64,000 nt of DNA, from the NCBI GenBank assembly GCA_036388835.1, contig DASVRB010000185.1:12021-76020 (forward strand). Direction: 5' to 3'. The translations under genes and the position numbers were made by a program. The stretch comes from Thermoanaerobaculia bacterium (GTDB taxonomy: Bacteria; Acidobacteriota; Thermoanaerobaculia; Gp7-AA8). Under the pieces are notes generated by a model, which searched no databases, had not been told where the DNA came from, and saw only the letters and a list, made by a program, of their open reading frames with translations. Below are positions 37,994-46,895 of this stretch, one piece after another (positions within the stretch are counted from its first letter, which is position 1; each line of letters opens with the position of its first letter).

Positions 37994-38692
37994 GTGGAGC
38001 TGATCGCCGCGATCTTCATGCTCGGCGCGGGAGGCGCGCTGGCGGTCTTCGTTCTGGCCGCGATCAAAATCGACCGTGCCGAGCGCGGCGAAGAAGATCC
38101 GCGGCCGCGCCGCGACGCCGTCGCGGCATCGCTGCTCTTCCACGTCGTGAACGCGGGAGGCGTGTCGCGCGATGAAGCGATGCGCCAGGTGCGCCGCGGC
38201 AGCGGACTGGCCGCGCCGGTGACGCAAGGGATCGACGTCTGCAACTGGGCCGAAAGCTATGCGCGTCACGCGACGCCTGAGCAGCGGTCGCTGCTGCTCG
38301 AGACGGCGGTGCAGCTCGTCGCACAGCGCGACGCACCTGTGCCGCTGCGTCAGTACGCAGCGCTCCTCGATCTCAGTTTCGGCCTCGGGTTTCAGACCGA
38401 TGCGCTGGCGCGGCTGCGGCAGAGTTATGGATTCGAATACGTCGACCACGCCAAAGAGGCGCGGGCTGTCGCGCGCACGAAGAAAGAAGCGCCCGGAGAG
38501 CTGCTGGCCGTGCTCGGCATGTCGGGCCTGCCGACGCGACAGGAGCTGAGCGCGACGTATCGGAAGCTCGTGGCCCAGCATCATCCCGACCGTTTCCATG
38601 GTGCGCCGGCGGAGGCGCGGGATCAGGCGGCGGCGCGGTTCATCGAGATCACCCGCGCGTACGAAGAATTGATGATTCGCGTGCGGGATTGA
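37994..38692 (+). CDS. Membrane-anchored J-domain protein (DjlA-like co-chaperone)
   Basis: N-terminal TM helix LIAAIFMLGAGGALAVFVLAAI. C-terminal J-domain with HPD motif (LSATYRKLVAQHHPDRFHG). Confidence 0.6.
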   Translation: MELIAAIFMLGAGGALAVFVLAAIKIDRAERGEEDPRPRRDAVAASLLFHVVNAGGVSRDEAMRQVRRGSGLAAPVTQGIDVCNWAESYARHATPEQRSLLLETAVQLVAQRDAPVPLRQYAALLDLSFGLGFQTDALARLRQSYGFEYVDHAKEARAVARTKKEAPGELLAVLGMSGLPTRQELSATYRKLVAQHHPDRFHGAPAEARDQAAARFIEITRAYEELMIRVRD

Positions 38693-39041
38693 AATTTTTT
38701 CGGCGCATGTGTATGATTCGCCGGCTGGGGAATACCCGTAGTTTGCGGCAACGTTCACAACCAGTTTGCCAGCAGTTCCCTCCGGTAAACCTTAGTATTT
38801 CTCGTAGTTCTCATTGATAAAGCGCTTTCGGGGACGGACGTGTCCGGCAACAGTGACGGACTCGCGTTTGCGTTCCGAAACGAACCCGGTCTCACGACCG
38901 CGGCTTTATCAGGTAAACCACACGGCGGATACGACTTGGATGTTCGTGTCCCGCGGCCCGTAACTATTTATTTGTTCGTGCATCTAAGGATGCATGCGGC
39001 ACGAAGGTTGAAGTTTTTTGTCGTCGTCGCAGGGAGAGACC

Positions 39042-39815
39042 ATGAAGAGCGCCGAAATTACACATGAGCAGGGTTGGGACTTCGAGACGGCAGCGATGCC
39101 GTACGTCGACTCGCTTTACAACACGGCGTACCGGATGACGCGGAACTCCGAGGACGCGGAAGACCTCGTCCAGGAGACGTATCTCAAGGCGTACAAGTAC
39201 TACGACAAGTTCGAAGAAGGTACGAACTTCAAGGCGTGGCTCTTCAAGATCATGAAGAACACGTTCATCAACAATTACCGGAAGAAGAAGCTCACGCCGC
39301 ACAAGATCGACTTCTCGGAAATTGAAGAGTCGTACGAGCGCGTGATCCAGAAGAACGCGCCGGATCTCATTCGCGATCCGGAGAGCGAGATCTTCCAGGA
39401 CATGATGGATGCCGACGTCAAGCGTGCGCTCGACTCGCTTCCGCACGATTACAAGATGGTCGTGCTGCTCGCCGACATCGAAGGCTTCTCGTACAAGGAG
39501 ATCGCCGAGATTCTCGACTGCCCGGTCGGCACCGTGATGTCGCGCCTCTACCGCGGCCGCAAGATGCTCGAGCGGACGCTCCTCGACTACGCCCGCAAGT
39601 ACGGCTACATCCGCGGCGAAGCCGAGCCGGCCAAGATGCGCTCGCGCAAAGACGAGACGAAGGGCCGCAAGAAGAAGGACGACGAAGCGAAGCCGGAAGA
39701 GACCGACGTTCAGGAACCGGAAGAGAACGAAGAAGCAGTCCTCTTCGCGCCGGACGAGGACGAGGAGTTCGAGTTCGTCGACGAAGAAGAGGAAGAGCGC
39801 TTCGACATCGAGTAA
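39042..39815 (+). CDS. ECF (group 4) sigma-70 family sigma factor with long acidic C-terminal extension
   Basis: Region 2 EDAEDLVQETYLKAYKYYDKF. Region 4 YKEIAEILDCPVGTVMSRLYRGRKML. A ~70-aa K/E/D-rich tail follows (..EENEEAVLFAPDEDEEFEFVDEEEEERFDIE). Start moved to the ATG that follows a GGGAGAG RBS. Confidence 0.85.
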   Translation: MKSAEITHEQGWDFETAAMPYVDSLYNTAYRMTRNSEDAEDLVQETYLKAYKYYDKFEEGTNFKAWLFKIMKNTFINNYRKKKLTPHKIDFSEIEESYERVIQKNAPDLIRDPESEIFQDMMDADVKRALDSLPHDYKMVVLLADIEGFSYKEIAEILDCPVGTVMSRLYRGRKMLERTLLDYARKYGYIRGEAEPAKMRSRKDETKGRKKKDDEAKPEETDVQEPEENEEAVLFAPDEDEEFEFVDEEEEERFDIE

Positions 39816-39838
39816 CCAACCCCACAGATTTTCAACTC

Positions 39839-39875
39839 GCGAGGGCGGCCGCAAGGCCGCCCTCGCCGTTTTTGC
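39839..39875 (+). terminator. Rho-independent terminator between the ECF sigma and anti-sigma genes
   Basis: GCGAGGGCGGCC-gcaa-GGCCGCCCTCGC followed by CGTTTTTG. Confidence 0.65.
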
Positions 39876-40053
39876 ACGTATTGGCCGCGCGGTTGCAAAA
39901 GCGCGCAGCGATTGGAATTCGCTGCGGTGCGCTATTTACGGAATTCACAAAACTGCAACCGAGTTGCGATCCGTGCTTGCGCCGATTGCGCAACGAGCGC
40001 AGAAAACGGCCCGATGAATGCGCCGTCACCTCAACCCCGGAAGGAAAGCAGTG

Positions 40054-40287
40054 ATGCTCTGTGACGATGTGAAACGCGTGGTGTACTTCTTCCTCGATGG
40101 ATCGCTTGCCGATCAAAAGAAGCACTCTCTCGAGATTCATCTGAGCAACTGCCCTGACTGCGAAGTCCGCATCACGGTTCATCGCAAACTCAGGTCGTTC
40201 CTGCGCCGGCGCCTCGCGCCGGTCGCCGCTCCCGAAACTCTTCGGATTCGCCTGACGCAGTCGCTTCGAACGCTTCCGGCCGAGTAA
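40054..40287 (+). CDS. ZAS-family (zf-HC2) anti-sigma factor
   Basis: MLCDDVKRVVYFFLDGSL..EIHLSNCPDCEV gives the C..H-x3-C-x2-C zinc-binding signature of zinc-associated anti-sigma factors (RsrA-like). Short, with no TM segment. Confidence 0.65.
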   Translation: MLCDDVKRVVYFFLDGSLADQKKHSLEIHLSNCPDCEVRITVHRKLRSFLRRRLAPVAAPETLRIRLTQSLRTLPAE

Positions 40288-40297
40288 ACTCGCCGCC

Positions 40298-40900
40298 TTG
40301 CCGAAGTTGACGAAGAAGTCGAATCCGAAATCCGCCGAGCCGCCGCCGAACGAGGAGCAGTTGATCCTCGTTTCGACGAACCCCAACAAAGGCATCGAGG
40401 CCGAGCGCATTCTCGGCGTGCCGGTGCTGCGCGTCTCGCTCACCCTTCCTGAGATCCAGGCCGCCACGGTCGAGGAGATCACCCGCTACAAAGTCGAGAT
40501 CGCGAAGAGCAAAGGCTACGCGCGGCTGATCGTCGAAGATGTCTCCCTCGGCTTCGACGAGCTCGGCAACTTCCCCGGGCCCTACGTTCGCTGGCTGCTC
40601 GAGGCCGCCGGTGGCACCGGTCTCGCCGCGATCGCCTACGCGCTCAACAATCGTGCGGCCCGCGCGCAATGCTGCGTCGGCTATTGGGACGGTCACGACG
40701 TGCGCATGTTCCTCGGCGAAACGAGAGGGGAGATCCTCGTCAAACCGCGCGGCGAGCGCGTTTTCGGCTGGGACGCCTGGTTCCTGCCGGAAGGCTCACA
40801 GCAGACGTTCGCCGAGATGACACCCGAGGAAAAGGACGCCATCTCGCATCGCGGGCGCGCCTATCGAAAGCTCGCCGAGTACCTCGCGAAATCGAAATGA
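40298..40900 (+). CDS. rdgB: Non-canonical purine NTP pyrophosphatase (RdgB/HAM1 family), TTG start per track
   Basis: Ham1 architecture: LILVSTNPNKGIEAERIL.., ..FLPEGSQQTFAEMTPEEKDAISHRGRAYRKL (SHR motif). Confidence 0.75.
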   Translation: MPKLTKKSNPKSAEPPPNEEQLILVSTNPNKGIEAERILGVPVLRVSLTLPEIQAATVEEITRYKVEIAKSKGYARLIVEDVSLGFDELGNFPGPYVRWLLEAAGGTGLAAIAYALNNRAARAQCCVGYWDGHDVRMFLGETRGEILVKPRGERVFGWDAWFLPEGSQQTFAEMTPEEKDAISHRGRAYRKLAEYLAKSK

Positions 40901-41082
40901 ACGTTCATTCATATGGACGCTCTGAGTCGAATTCTGGACAGGTCGCGTTTCTGAAACGGCACGCCTTTTTGCAAACTAAACGCGTAACCCCTTCGTATTA
41001 AAGGTCGTTGACAGCGTGCGCGAGCATGCCGCGGCGGTGGCAGGGCGCTTGAAGTATCTGCCCGTAACGAAAGGACACGACC

Positions 41083-41259
41083 ATGTGGGTTTTCGACGGC
41101 GAAGAGTGGACGCAGGACAACGGCAGCGATCAGGTGACGGCGAACAAGCCCGAGACTGTGCGGCCGCGGTACGAACAGATGATGCCTGAGCTGCAGGTCA
41201 TCGAGATCGTTCCGGTCGTACCTCGGAACACGAACGTTCCGCCGCTTCCGATGCCGTGA
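41083..41259 (+). CDS. Small hypothetical protein (58 aa), below the ORF-track length cutoff
   Basis: AAAGGA RBS 7 nt upstream of the ATG (MWVFDGEEWTQDNGSDQVTANKPETVRPRYEQMMPELQVIEIVPVVPRNTNVPPLPMP). An intrinsic terminator sits directly downstream. Confidence 0.35.
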   Translation: MWVFDGEEWTQDNGSDQVTANKPETVRPRYEQMMPELQVIEIVPVVPRNTNVPPLPMP

Positions 41260-41285
41260 GTTTCAACCTCCAACAGACGACAAGC

Positions 41286-41322
41286 GGGCCGCGTCGCAAT
41301 CAGCACGCGGCCTTTTTGTTTC
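41286..41322. terminator. Rho-independent (bidirectional) terminator between convergent genes
   Basis: GGCCGCGT-cgcaatcagc-ACGCGGCC followed by TTTTTGTTT. Confidence 0.6.
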
Positions 41323-41337
41323 TGGATGCGTTTCTGC

Positions 41338-42126
41338 TCAGCGCGCGCAATGGCGGCCAAGGAAATCGCGCACGATCGGCTCCACCGCGTCGGAAGCGAC
41401 GTTGAAAATGCGGTCCGCGTGGTAGTTCCCCTCGATGTCGAGCACGTGCAGTTCTTTTGGTTCGTGCGCCGCCTCGTACAACTTCACCGAGTGCTGATGG
41501 CCGATCAGCCAGTCGTTTTTCACGTGAACGAAGCAGACCGGCACGTGCACGTTGCCGATGTCGTCCAGCGCCCGGATCTTTGCCGCTTTGCGCACGCTCC
41601 AGGCGAAGCGCGGACGCCGCAACGCCTGCGACAGCGCGATGTGCCGGTGCATTGTGAAGGGGTTCAGCCGCGGCACGATCATCTCGAAATCGGCGACCGC
41701 GGAGACCAGCAGAAGCGACGACACCGGTAAATTGTGCCGGGCGGTGGTCGAGACCGCGATCGCCCCGCCGTACGAGAATCCGAGCAGCGCGAAGGTCGAG
41801 CTCGTCGCGGCGCGCTGCTGAAGATCGGTGATCACGGCGGCGACGTCGTGATGCTCGTGCATGTTGAAGCCGTACGTGCCGTCGCTCTCGCCGTGTCCGC
41901 GCACATCGACCACGGCGACGCGGTAACCGTCGCCGTTGAGGAAACGGGCGAGCCGCATCATCGATGCGTGCCGGCGGTCGCGCCAGAATCCGGGCACCAC
42001 GACGATGGTCGAGGCGGACGGCGCGTCGTACACGTCGTAGTGGATCGTCGCGCCGTCGAATGACGGCACGCGCAGGTGAATCGGCTCTCGCGGCGGCTCG
42101 ACCGCTGTCAGGGCGCGGCTTGACAT
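41338..42126 (-). CDS. Alpha/beta-hydrolase fold protein (esterase/peptidase S9-like)
   Basis: Start moved to M40 of the track ORF. Nucleophile-elbow-like GFSYGG, downstream Asp/His candidates (NDWLIGHQH), HGESDG. Confidence 0.7.
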   Translation of the reverse strand: MSSRALTAVEPPREPIHLRVPSFDGATIHYDVYDAPSASTIVVVPGFWRDRRHASMMRLARFLNGDGYRVAVVDVRGHGESDGTYGFNMHEHHDVAAVITDLQQRAATSSTFALLGFSYGGAIAVSTTARHNLPVSSLLLVSAVADFEMIVPRLNPFTMHRHIALSQALRRPRFAWSVRKAAKIRALDDIGNVHVPVCFVHVKNDWLIGHQHSVKLYEAAHEPKELHVLDIEGNYHADRIFNVASDAVEPIVRDFLGRHCAR

Positions 42127-42304
42127 CTCATCCTCTGCTCTTATGATATGCGCCACCTGAACGCGCGGTGCGCCTTCTGTGCCCCCGGTAGTTTCCCCCC
42201 GACAACCTGCTGCTCCGTTCGCTCGAATTGCGCTCGTTGTCACCCGTGTGCGTAACCGAAATTCAGATCAGAGATCTGAAACAACAATAAGGAGAATCAC
42301 CCGC

Positions 42305-42598
42305 ATGAAGAAATCCCTCGTTCTGACCCTGGCCGCCCTGCTCGTTGTTTCGATGTTCGCCGTTGGTTGCAAGAAGGAAGAAGCTGCGACCGACACCGGT
42401 GCGACCGACACCTCCATGACGATGGGCGACACGATGGCCACCGACACCGGTATGACCACCGACACGTCGACGACCACCATGTCGACCACCGACACGATGG
42501 CGACCGACACGATGGCCACCGACACCACGGCCACCGGCACGACCGGCACCACGACCGATACGTCGGCCACCGGCACCGCCGCGACGACCACCACCTAG
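42305..42598 (+). CDS. Small lipoprotein with Thr/Asp/Met-rich (TDTMATDT) repeats
   Basis: AAGGAG RBS. Lipobox LVVSMFAVGC. The mature part is almost entirely T/D/M/G/A repeats (DTGATDTSMTMGDTMATDTGMTTDTSTTTMSTTDTMATDTMATDTTATGTTGTTTDTSATG..). Confidence 0.6.
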   Translation: MKKSLVLTLAALLVVSMFAVGCKKEEAATDTGATDTSMTMGDTMATDTGMTTDTSTTTMSTTDTMATDTMATDTTATGTTGTTTDTSATGTAATTTT

Positions 42599-42612
42599 TC
42601 TTCGCAACCCTC

Positions 42613-42648
42613 GAACGCCTCGCCTCCGCGAGGCGTTCGCATTTTGTG
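42613..42648 (+). terminator. Probable intrinsic terminator after first TDM-repeat lipoprotein gene
   Basis: GAACGCCTCGC-ctcc-GCGAGGCGTTC followed by GCATTTTGTGG. Confidence 0.5.
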
Positions 42649-42847
42649 GCATCGCAGTTGCTGTTCGTTGACCTGGGTCCCCTCTCCTGCCTGGAGAGGG
42701 CTTTGCCTCGACAATCTGACAAAGTTTCCCGACGGGATGCAGTGTCCAAATTGAAATGGCAAGGAGGTGAGCCCGGCACCTACACAAGTGCGCATTCGAC
42801 TGGCGCTCACGAACCGAGTAAGACAACAAAGAGAAGGAAGAGAAAAA

Positions 42848-43162
42848 ATGGCTAAGAAACTGATGGTTCTCCTGACGATCCTCACGCTCGTCACCCTCGT
42901 CGCCTGCAAAAAGGAAGAGACGAACATTGACGCCGGCACCGACACGATGGCGACCGACACCTCGATGACGGGCGGCTCGACCGACACCGGCATGACCAGC
43001 ACCGAGACCGGCATGACCACCACCGACACGATGGCGACCGACACGATGGCCACCGACACGATGGGCACCGGCGGCACGACCACCGACACGTCGGCCACGG
43101 GCGGCACGACGACGGGCGGCACGACGACGACCAGCGGCACGACGTCGACGACCACCACCTAG
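42848..43162 (+). CDS. Paralogous small lipoprotein with Thr/Asp/Met-rich repeats
   Basis: AAGGAAG RBS. Lipobox LVTLVAC. Same repeat style (TDTMATDTSMTGGSTDTGMTSTETGMTTTDTMATDTMATDTMGTGGTTTDTSATGG..). Confidence 0.6.
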   Translation: MAKKLMVLLTILTLVTLVACKKEETNIDAGTDTMATDTSMTGGSTDTGMTSTETGMTTTDTMATDTMATDTMGTGGTTTDTSATGGTTTGGTTTTSGTTSTTTT

Positions 43163-43179
43163 TCGCGACTCAACGACTG

Positions 43180-43824
43180 CTACGGAGCCTCGGGTGCAAG
43201 CCCGAGGCTCTTTTTTTTCGCCTCGAGATCGGCGAGGAGAGCGGCGTGCACGCGGCGGGTCTCGCTCTCGAGCTGCCCCACGTCGCCACTGTTGTCGATG
43301 ACGTAGTCGGCGAACGGCCTGCGGTCGTCGCGCGGCATCTGATTGGCGATGCGGCGCATCACCTCGTCGCGCGGCAGTCCGCGTGCGACACCGCGCTCGA
43401 TCTGCACGTCCGGCGCTACGTCGACCACGACGACCTTGTCGTAATTCTTGTAGCCGCCCGACTCCAGCATCAGCGTCGCCTCGACGATGACGATGCCGTC
43501 CTCGTGCGTCCGCTCGTACTCGTCGAGCACCTCGAGCGTTCGCGCGTGCACGAGCGGATGAATGAGCGCGTTGAGCTTTTTCGCCTCTTCCGGTGCGGAG
43601 AAGGCGATGCGCGCGAGTTTCGCCCGATCGACGGTCTGATCGTCACGCAGGATCTCGCGGCCGTACGTTTCGACGAGCGCGTCGTGGCCGGCGTGGCCCG
43701 GCTCGTAAAGCCAGGCCACGAGCGCGTCCGCGTCCAGCGCGTAGCAACCAAAGGCCGCGAACAGCGCCCGGACCGTCGATTTGCCGCTGGCGATGCCGCC
43801 GGTGAGACCGACGCGCAGGATCAC
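43180..43824 (-). CDS. coaE: Dephospho-CoA kinase
   Basis: GTG start at V31 of the track ORF (VILRVGLTGGIASGKST Walker A). GTGA overlap with the folD stop. C-terminal lid region typical of CoaE. Confidence 0.8.
   Translation of the reverse strand: MILRVGLTGGIASGKSTVRALFAAFGCYALDADALVAWLYEPGHAGHDALVETYGREILRDDQTVDRAKLARIAFSAPEEAKKLNALIHPLVHARTLEVLDEYERTHEDGIVIVEATLMLESGGYKNYDKVVVVDVAPDVQIERGVARGLPRDEVMRRIANQMPRDDRRPFADYVIDNSGDVGQLESETRRVHAALLADLEAKKKSLGLAPEAP
43184..43218 (+). terminator. Rho-independent terminator for the lipoprotein gene, located inside the 3' end of convergent coaE
   Basis: GGAGCCTCGGG-tgcaa-CCCGAGGCTC followed by TTTTTTTT. Confidence 0.65.
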
Positions 43825-44723
43825 CCGCGTCTCCGCTGCGCCGCGTCGACCGTGTTCTTCATCAGCATGCCGATGGTCATTGGACCGACGCCGCCGGGAA
43901 CGGGCGTGATCCACGACGCAACTTCGCGAACGGCCGCGTAATCGACGTCGCCGAGGAGCACGCTGCCGTTTTTTTCGAGGAGGCGCGATTTCTCCGCGTC
44001 GTGCGCGAGCCGCGGCGCGAAATCGCGCTCGACCCGGTTCATCCCGACGTCGATCACGATCGCTTCCGGTTTGACGAAATCGGCGGTGACGAAGATCGGC
44101 CGTCCGATCGCGGCGACGAGAATGTCCGCCGTCCGCGCGACCGCCGGAAGGTCGCGCGTTTTCGAATGGCAGATCGTGACGGTGGCGTTGCGCTGCAGCA
44201 GAAGCGCAGCCATCGGCTTGCCCACGATGTCGCTGCGGCCGATCACCACCGCGTGCTTGCCGTCGATGCTCTCACCCGTCGATTCGATGAGGCGGATCAC
44301 GCCGGCCGGAGTGCACGGCGCGAGCGTGGAGCGCCCTTGGTGCAGCAGGCCGACCGTGATCGGATGAAAGCCGTCCACGTCTTTCGCCGGCGCGATGGCG
44401 TCGATGACTTTCCGCGCATCGATGTGTTTCGGCAGCGGCAACTGCACGAGGATGCCATCGACCGAGTCATCGGCGTTGAGCCGCGCCACTTCGTCGAGCA
44501 GCTCGTCCTCGGACATCGACTCCGGGAAGATGAGCTCCGTGCCGGTGAGGCCGAGCTCGCGCGCCTTCTTCGCCTTGTTGCGGACGTAGATCTCGGAGGC
44601 GGGGTCGTTGCCGACGCGAACGGCCACGAGGCCGGGCGAATATCCGAGTCGGGAAATGGATTCGGCGACTTCGTGTTTAAGCTGCTGCGCGACGGCTTTG
44701 CCGTCGATGATGCGAGCGGTCAC
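43821..44723 (-). CDS. folD: Bifunctional methylenetetrahydrofolate dehydrogenase/methenyl-THF cyclohydrolase
   Basis: MTARIIDGKAVAQ.., YVRNKAK, ..DVDGFHP.., GRS.IVGKP.., PVPGGVGPMTIGMLMKNT. Confidence 0.9.
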   Translation of the reverse strand: MTARIIDGKAVAQQLKHEVAESISRLGYSPGLVAVRVGNDPASEIYVRNKAKKARELGLTGTELIFPESMSEDELLDEVARLNADDSVDGILVQLPLPKHIDARKVIDAIAPAKDVDGFHPITVGLLHQGRSTLAPCTPAGVIRLIESTGESIDGKHAVVIGRSDIVGKPMAALLLQRNATVTICHSKTRDLPAVARTADILVAAIGRPIFVTADFVKPEAIVIDVGMNRVERDFAPRLAHDAEKSRLLEKNGSVLLGDVDYAAVREVASWITPVPGGVGPMTIGMLMKNTVDAAQRRRG

Positions 44724-44990
44724 GAGCGGCTTCTACCACAAAGGCGAAGGTGCGCGTGCGCTCCGCCGCGCGGGAATGAATCCGTTGACACTGCACGTTC
44801 GGCAGTGTTACCGTTTTGGCCCTTTCCCCAGAGGAAAGGTGTGTTCTTCGTCTTTGAGTAATCGGTGGCGTTTGCGGTCCACACCTGCGCCGCGCGATTT
44901 CAGGTAGTTCCAAGTCAGTTGCTCGCTGTCCGGCCCGAGCCCCGCGGACAACGGACGACGTGACGACCGACATTAGTTTTCAGGAGAGTC

Positions 44991-45425
44991 ATGCGTACCT
45001 ATTTCCCCAAACAGGGCGACATCGAGCCGCGCTGGTTCATCATCGACGCCGACGGCCTGGTCCTGGGGCGTCTGTCGACGACCATCGCCAACATCATCTC
45101 GGGAAAGGCGAAGCCGACGTACACGCCTTTTCTCGACACCGGCGATCACGTGATCGTCATCAACGCCGAGAAGATCAAACTCACCGGTAAGAAGGAGACG
45201 GACAAGATCTACCGTCATCACTCCCTCTATCCGGGTGGTCTCAAAGAGCGCGCCGCGCGCTTCATCCGTGCTGAAAAGCCGGAAACGATGATCGAAACCG
45301 CGGTCTGGGGCATGCTGCCGAAGAACAAACTCGGCCGCAAAATGCTGAAAAAACTGAAGGTGTATCGCGGCGCGAATCATCCGCATCAGGCCCAGTTGCC
45401 TGAGGCGCTGAAGCTCGGCGAGTAA
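44991..45425 (+). CDS. rplM: 50S ribosomal protein L13
   Basis: Conserved L13 N-terminus ([30 protein letters not shown]..) and ..[13 protein letters not shown]. Confidence 0.95.
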   Translation: MRTYFPKQGDIEPRWFIIDADGLVLGRLSTTIANIISGKAKPTYTPFLDTGDHVIVINAEKIKLTGKKETDKIYRHHSLYPGGLKERAARFIRAEKPETMIETAVWGMLPKNKLGRKMLKKLKVYRGANHPHQAQLPEALKLGE

Positions 45426-45441
45426 TCACAGGAGGATTTCC

Positions 45442-45834
45442 TTGGCTTTGGTCGAATACTACGGAACGGGAAGACGGAAAACGTCGACGGCGCGCGTGCA
45501 CATTCGTCCGGGATCGGGCGCGATCACGGTCAACCGCCGGACGCTGGACAACTACTTCGGCAACGAAGTGCTCAAGATGATCATCAAGCAGCCGCTTTCG
45601 CTGACGGAGACGGTCGACAAGTTCGACATCGTCGTGACCGTCGACGGCGGCGGCCCGAGCGGTCAGGCCGGTGCAATCCGCCACGGGATTTCGCGTGCTC
45701 TGCAGGTCTACAACACCGAGCTTCGCAAGCGGCTCAAGAAGGCCGGCCTCCTCACGCGCGACCCGCGCATGAAGGAGCGCAAGAAGTACGGCCAGAAGGG
45801 CGCCCGCGCGCGCTTCCAGTTCTCCAAGCGCTAA
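45442..45834 (+). CDS. rpsI: 30S ribosomal protein S9
   Basis: ..[19 protein letters not shown].. and the C-terminal [17 protein letters not shown]. Confidence 0.95.
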   Translation: MALVEYYGTGRRKTSTARVHIRPGSGAITVNRRTLDNYFGNEVLKMIIKQPLSLTETVDKFDIVVTVDGGGPSGQAGAIRHGISRALQVYNTELRKRLKKAGLLTRDPRMKERKKYGQKGARARFQFSKR

Positions 45835-45866
45835 TCCATGTTCCGGTTTCTCTAAGGTTTTTCATG

Positions 45867-45903
45867 AAGACAGGAGCGTTGCCTGCTCCTGTCTTTTCTT
45901 TTC
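45867..45903 (+). terminator. Rho-independent terminator after rpsI
   Basis: GAAGACAGGAGC-gttgcct-GCTCCTGTCTT followed by TTCTTTT. Confidence 0.6.
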
Positions 45904-45957
45904 AGGGCAGCAGCTCGTTTTTCACGTTCACACTTTCACATTAGAAGGAGGGTTCAC

Positions 45958-46740
45958 TTGGCGGTCTCTATTACGATGAAAGAGCTTTTGGAGGCTGGCG
46001 TCCACTTCGGTCATCAGACCAAGCGCTGGAACCCGAAGATGAAGAAGTACATCTTTGGAAAGCGCAATGGGATCTACATCATTGACCTGCAGAAGACGCT
46101 GAAGCTCTTTAAGGAAGCTTCCGGGTTCATTGCCGACCTCTCATCCCAGGGAAAACGCATCCTGTTCGTCGGCACCAAGCGCCAGGCACAGGACGCGATT
46201 CTCGAAGAGGCGAACCGCTGCGGAATGTTCTACGTGAACAACCGCTGGCTCGGCGGCACACTCACCAACTTCACCACTGTCCGCAAGTCGATCGAGCGTC
46301 TCAAGGAGATCGAATCGATCCTTGGTGACACCGAGAAAGAGATGTCGAAGAAGGAGCGCGCTTTGATGGACAACGAGCGCGACAAACTCCAGAAGAATCT
46401 CATCGGCATCCGCGAGATGGACGGCCTTCCCGATGCACTCTTCGTGATCGACCCGAAGAAGGAGTACATCGCGGTCAAGGAAGCGAAGAAGCTCGGCATC
46501 CCGGTGGTCGCGATCGTCGACACGAACTGCGATCCGGAAGACATCGACTACGTCATTCCGGGCAACGACGACGCCATCCGCGCGATCCGTCTGTTCACGA
46601 CGAAGATCGCCGACGCCTGCCTCGAGGGCTATAACCTCGCCGAGGAGAAGTTCATCGGCGTCGAGGACAAGGGCGAGCGCACCGGCGACATCATGCCGGC
46701 GGACATCGCTGAGCAGATGCAGGCCGCTCCGGCGGTCTGA
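45958..46740 (+). CDS. rpsB: 30S ribosomal protein S2 (TTG start per track)
   Basis: [28 protein letters not shown].. aligns with the S2 N-terminus. AAGGAGGG RBS. Confidence 0.9.
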   Translation: MAVSITMKELLEAGVHFGHQTKRWNPKMKKYIFGKRNGIYIIDLQKTLKLFKEASGFIADLSSQGKRILFVGTKRQAQDAILEEANRCGMFYVNNRWLGGTLTNFTTVRKSIERLKEIESILGDTEKEMSKKERALMDNERDKLQKNLIGIREMDGLPDALFVIDPKKEYIAVKEAKKLGIPVVAIVDTNCDPEDIDYVIPGNDDAIRAIRLFTTKIADACLEGYNLAEEKFIGVEDKGERTGDIMPADIAEQMQAAPAV

Positions 46741-46895
46741 TCCCGACAGCAGGACGACAAGTTGGAGGACAGGCGTCACGCGCCTGTCCTCGTTGTTCTC
46801 CACGGACTCGTGGAGCGGCGGGCGCTCAGCTCGCCGGCCCCGACATTCGGCGGACTGAGTGCCCGCCGCTTCCACAAAAATTTACGAGGTTTGAA

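Noticed and set aside
38693-39041. Riboswitch in the long leader upstream of the ECF sigma gene
   Set aside because: No recognisable conserved riboswitch core (no TPP, SAM, cobalamin, glycine or c-di-GMP motifs by eye). Kept only as an unexplained long leader in findings.
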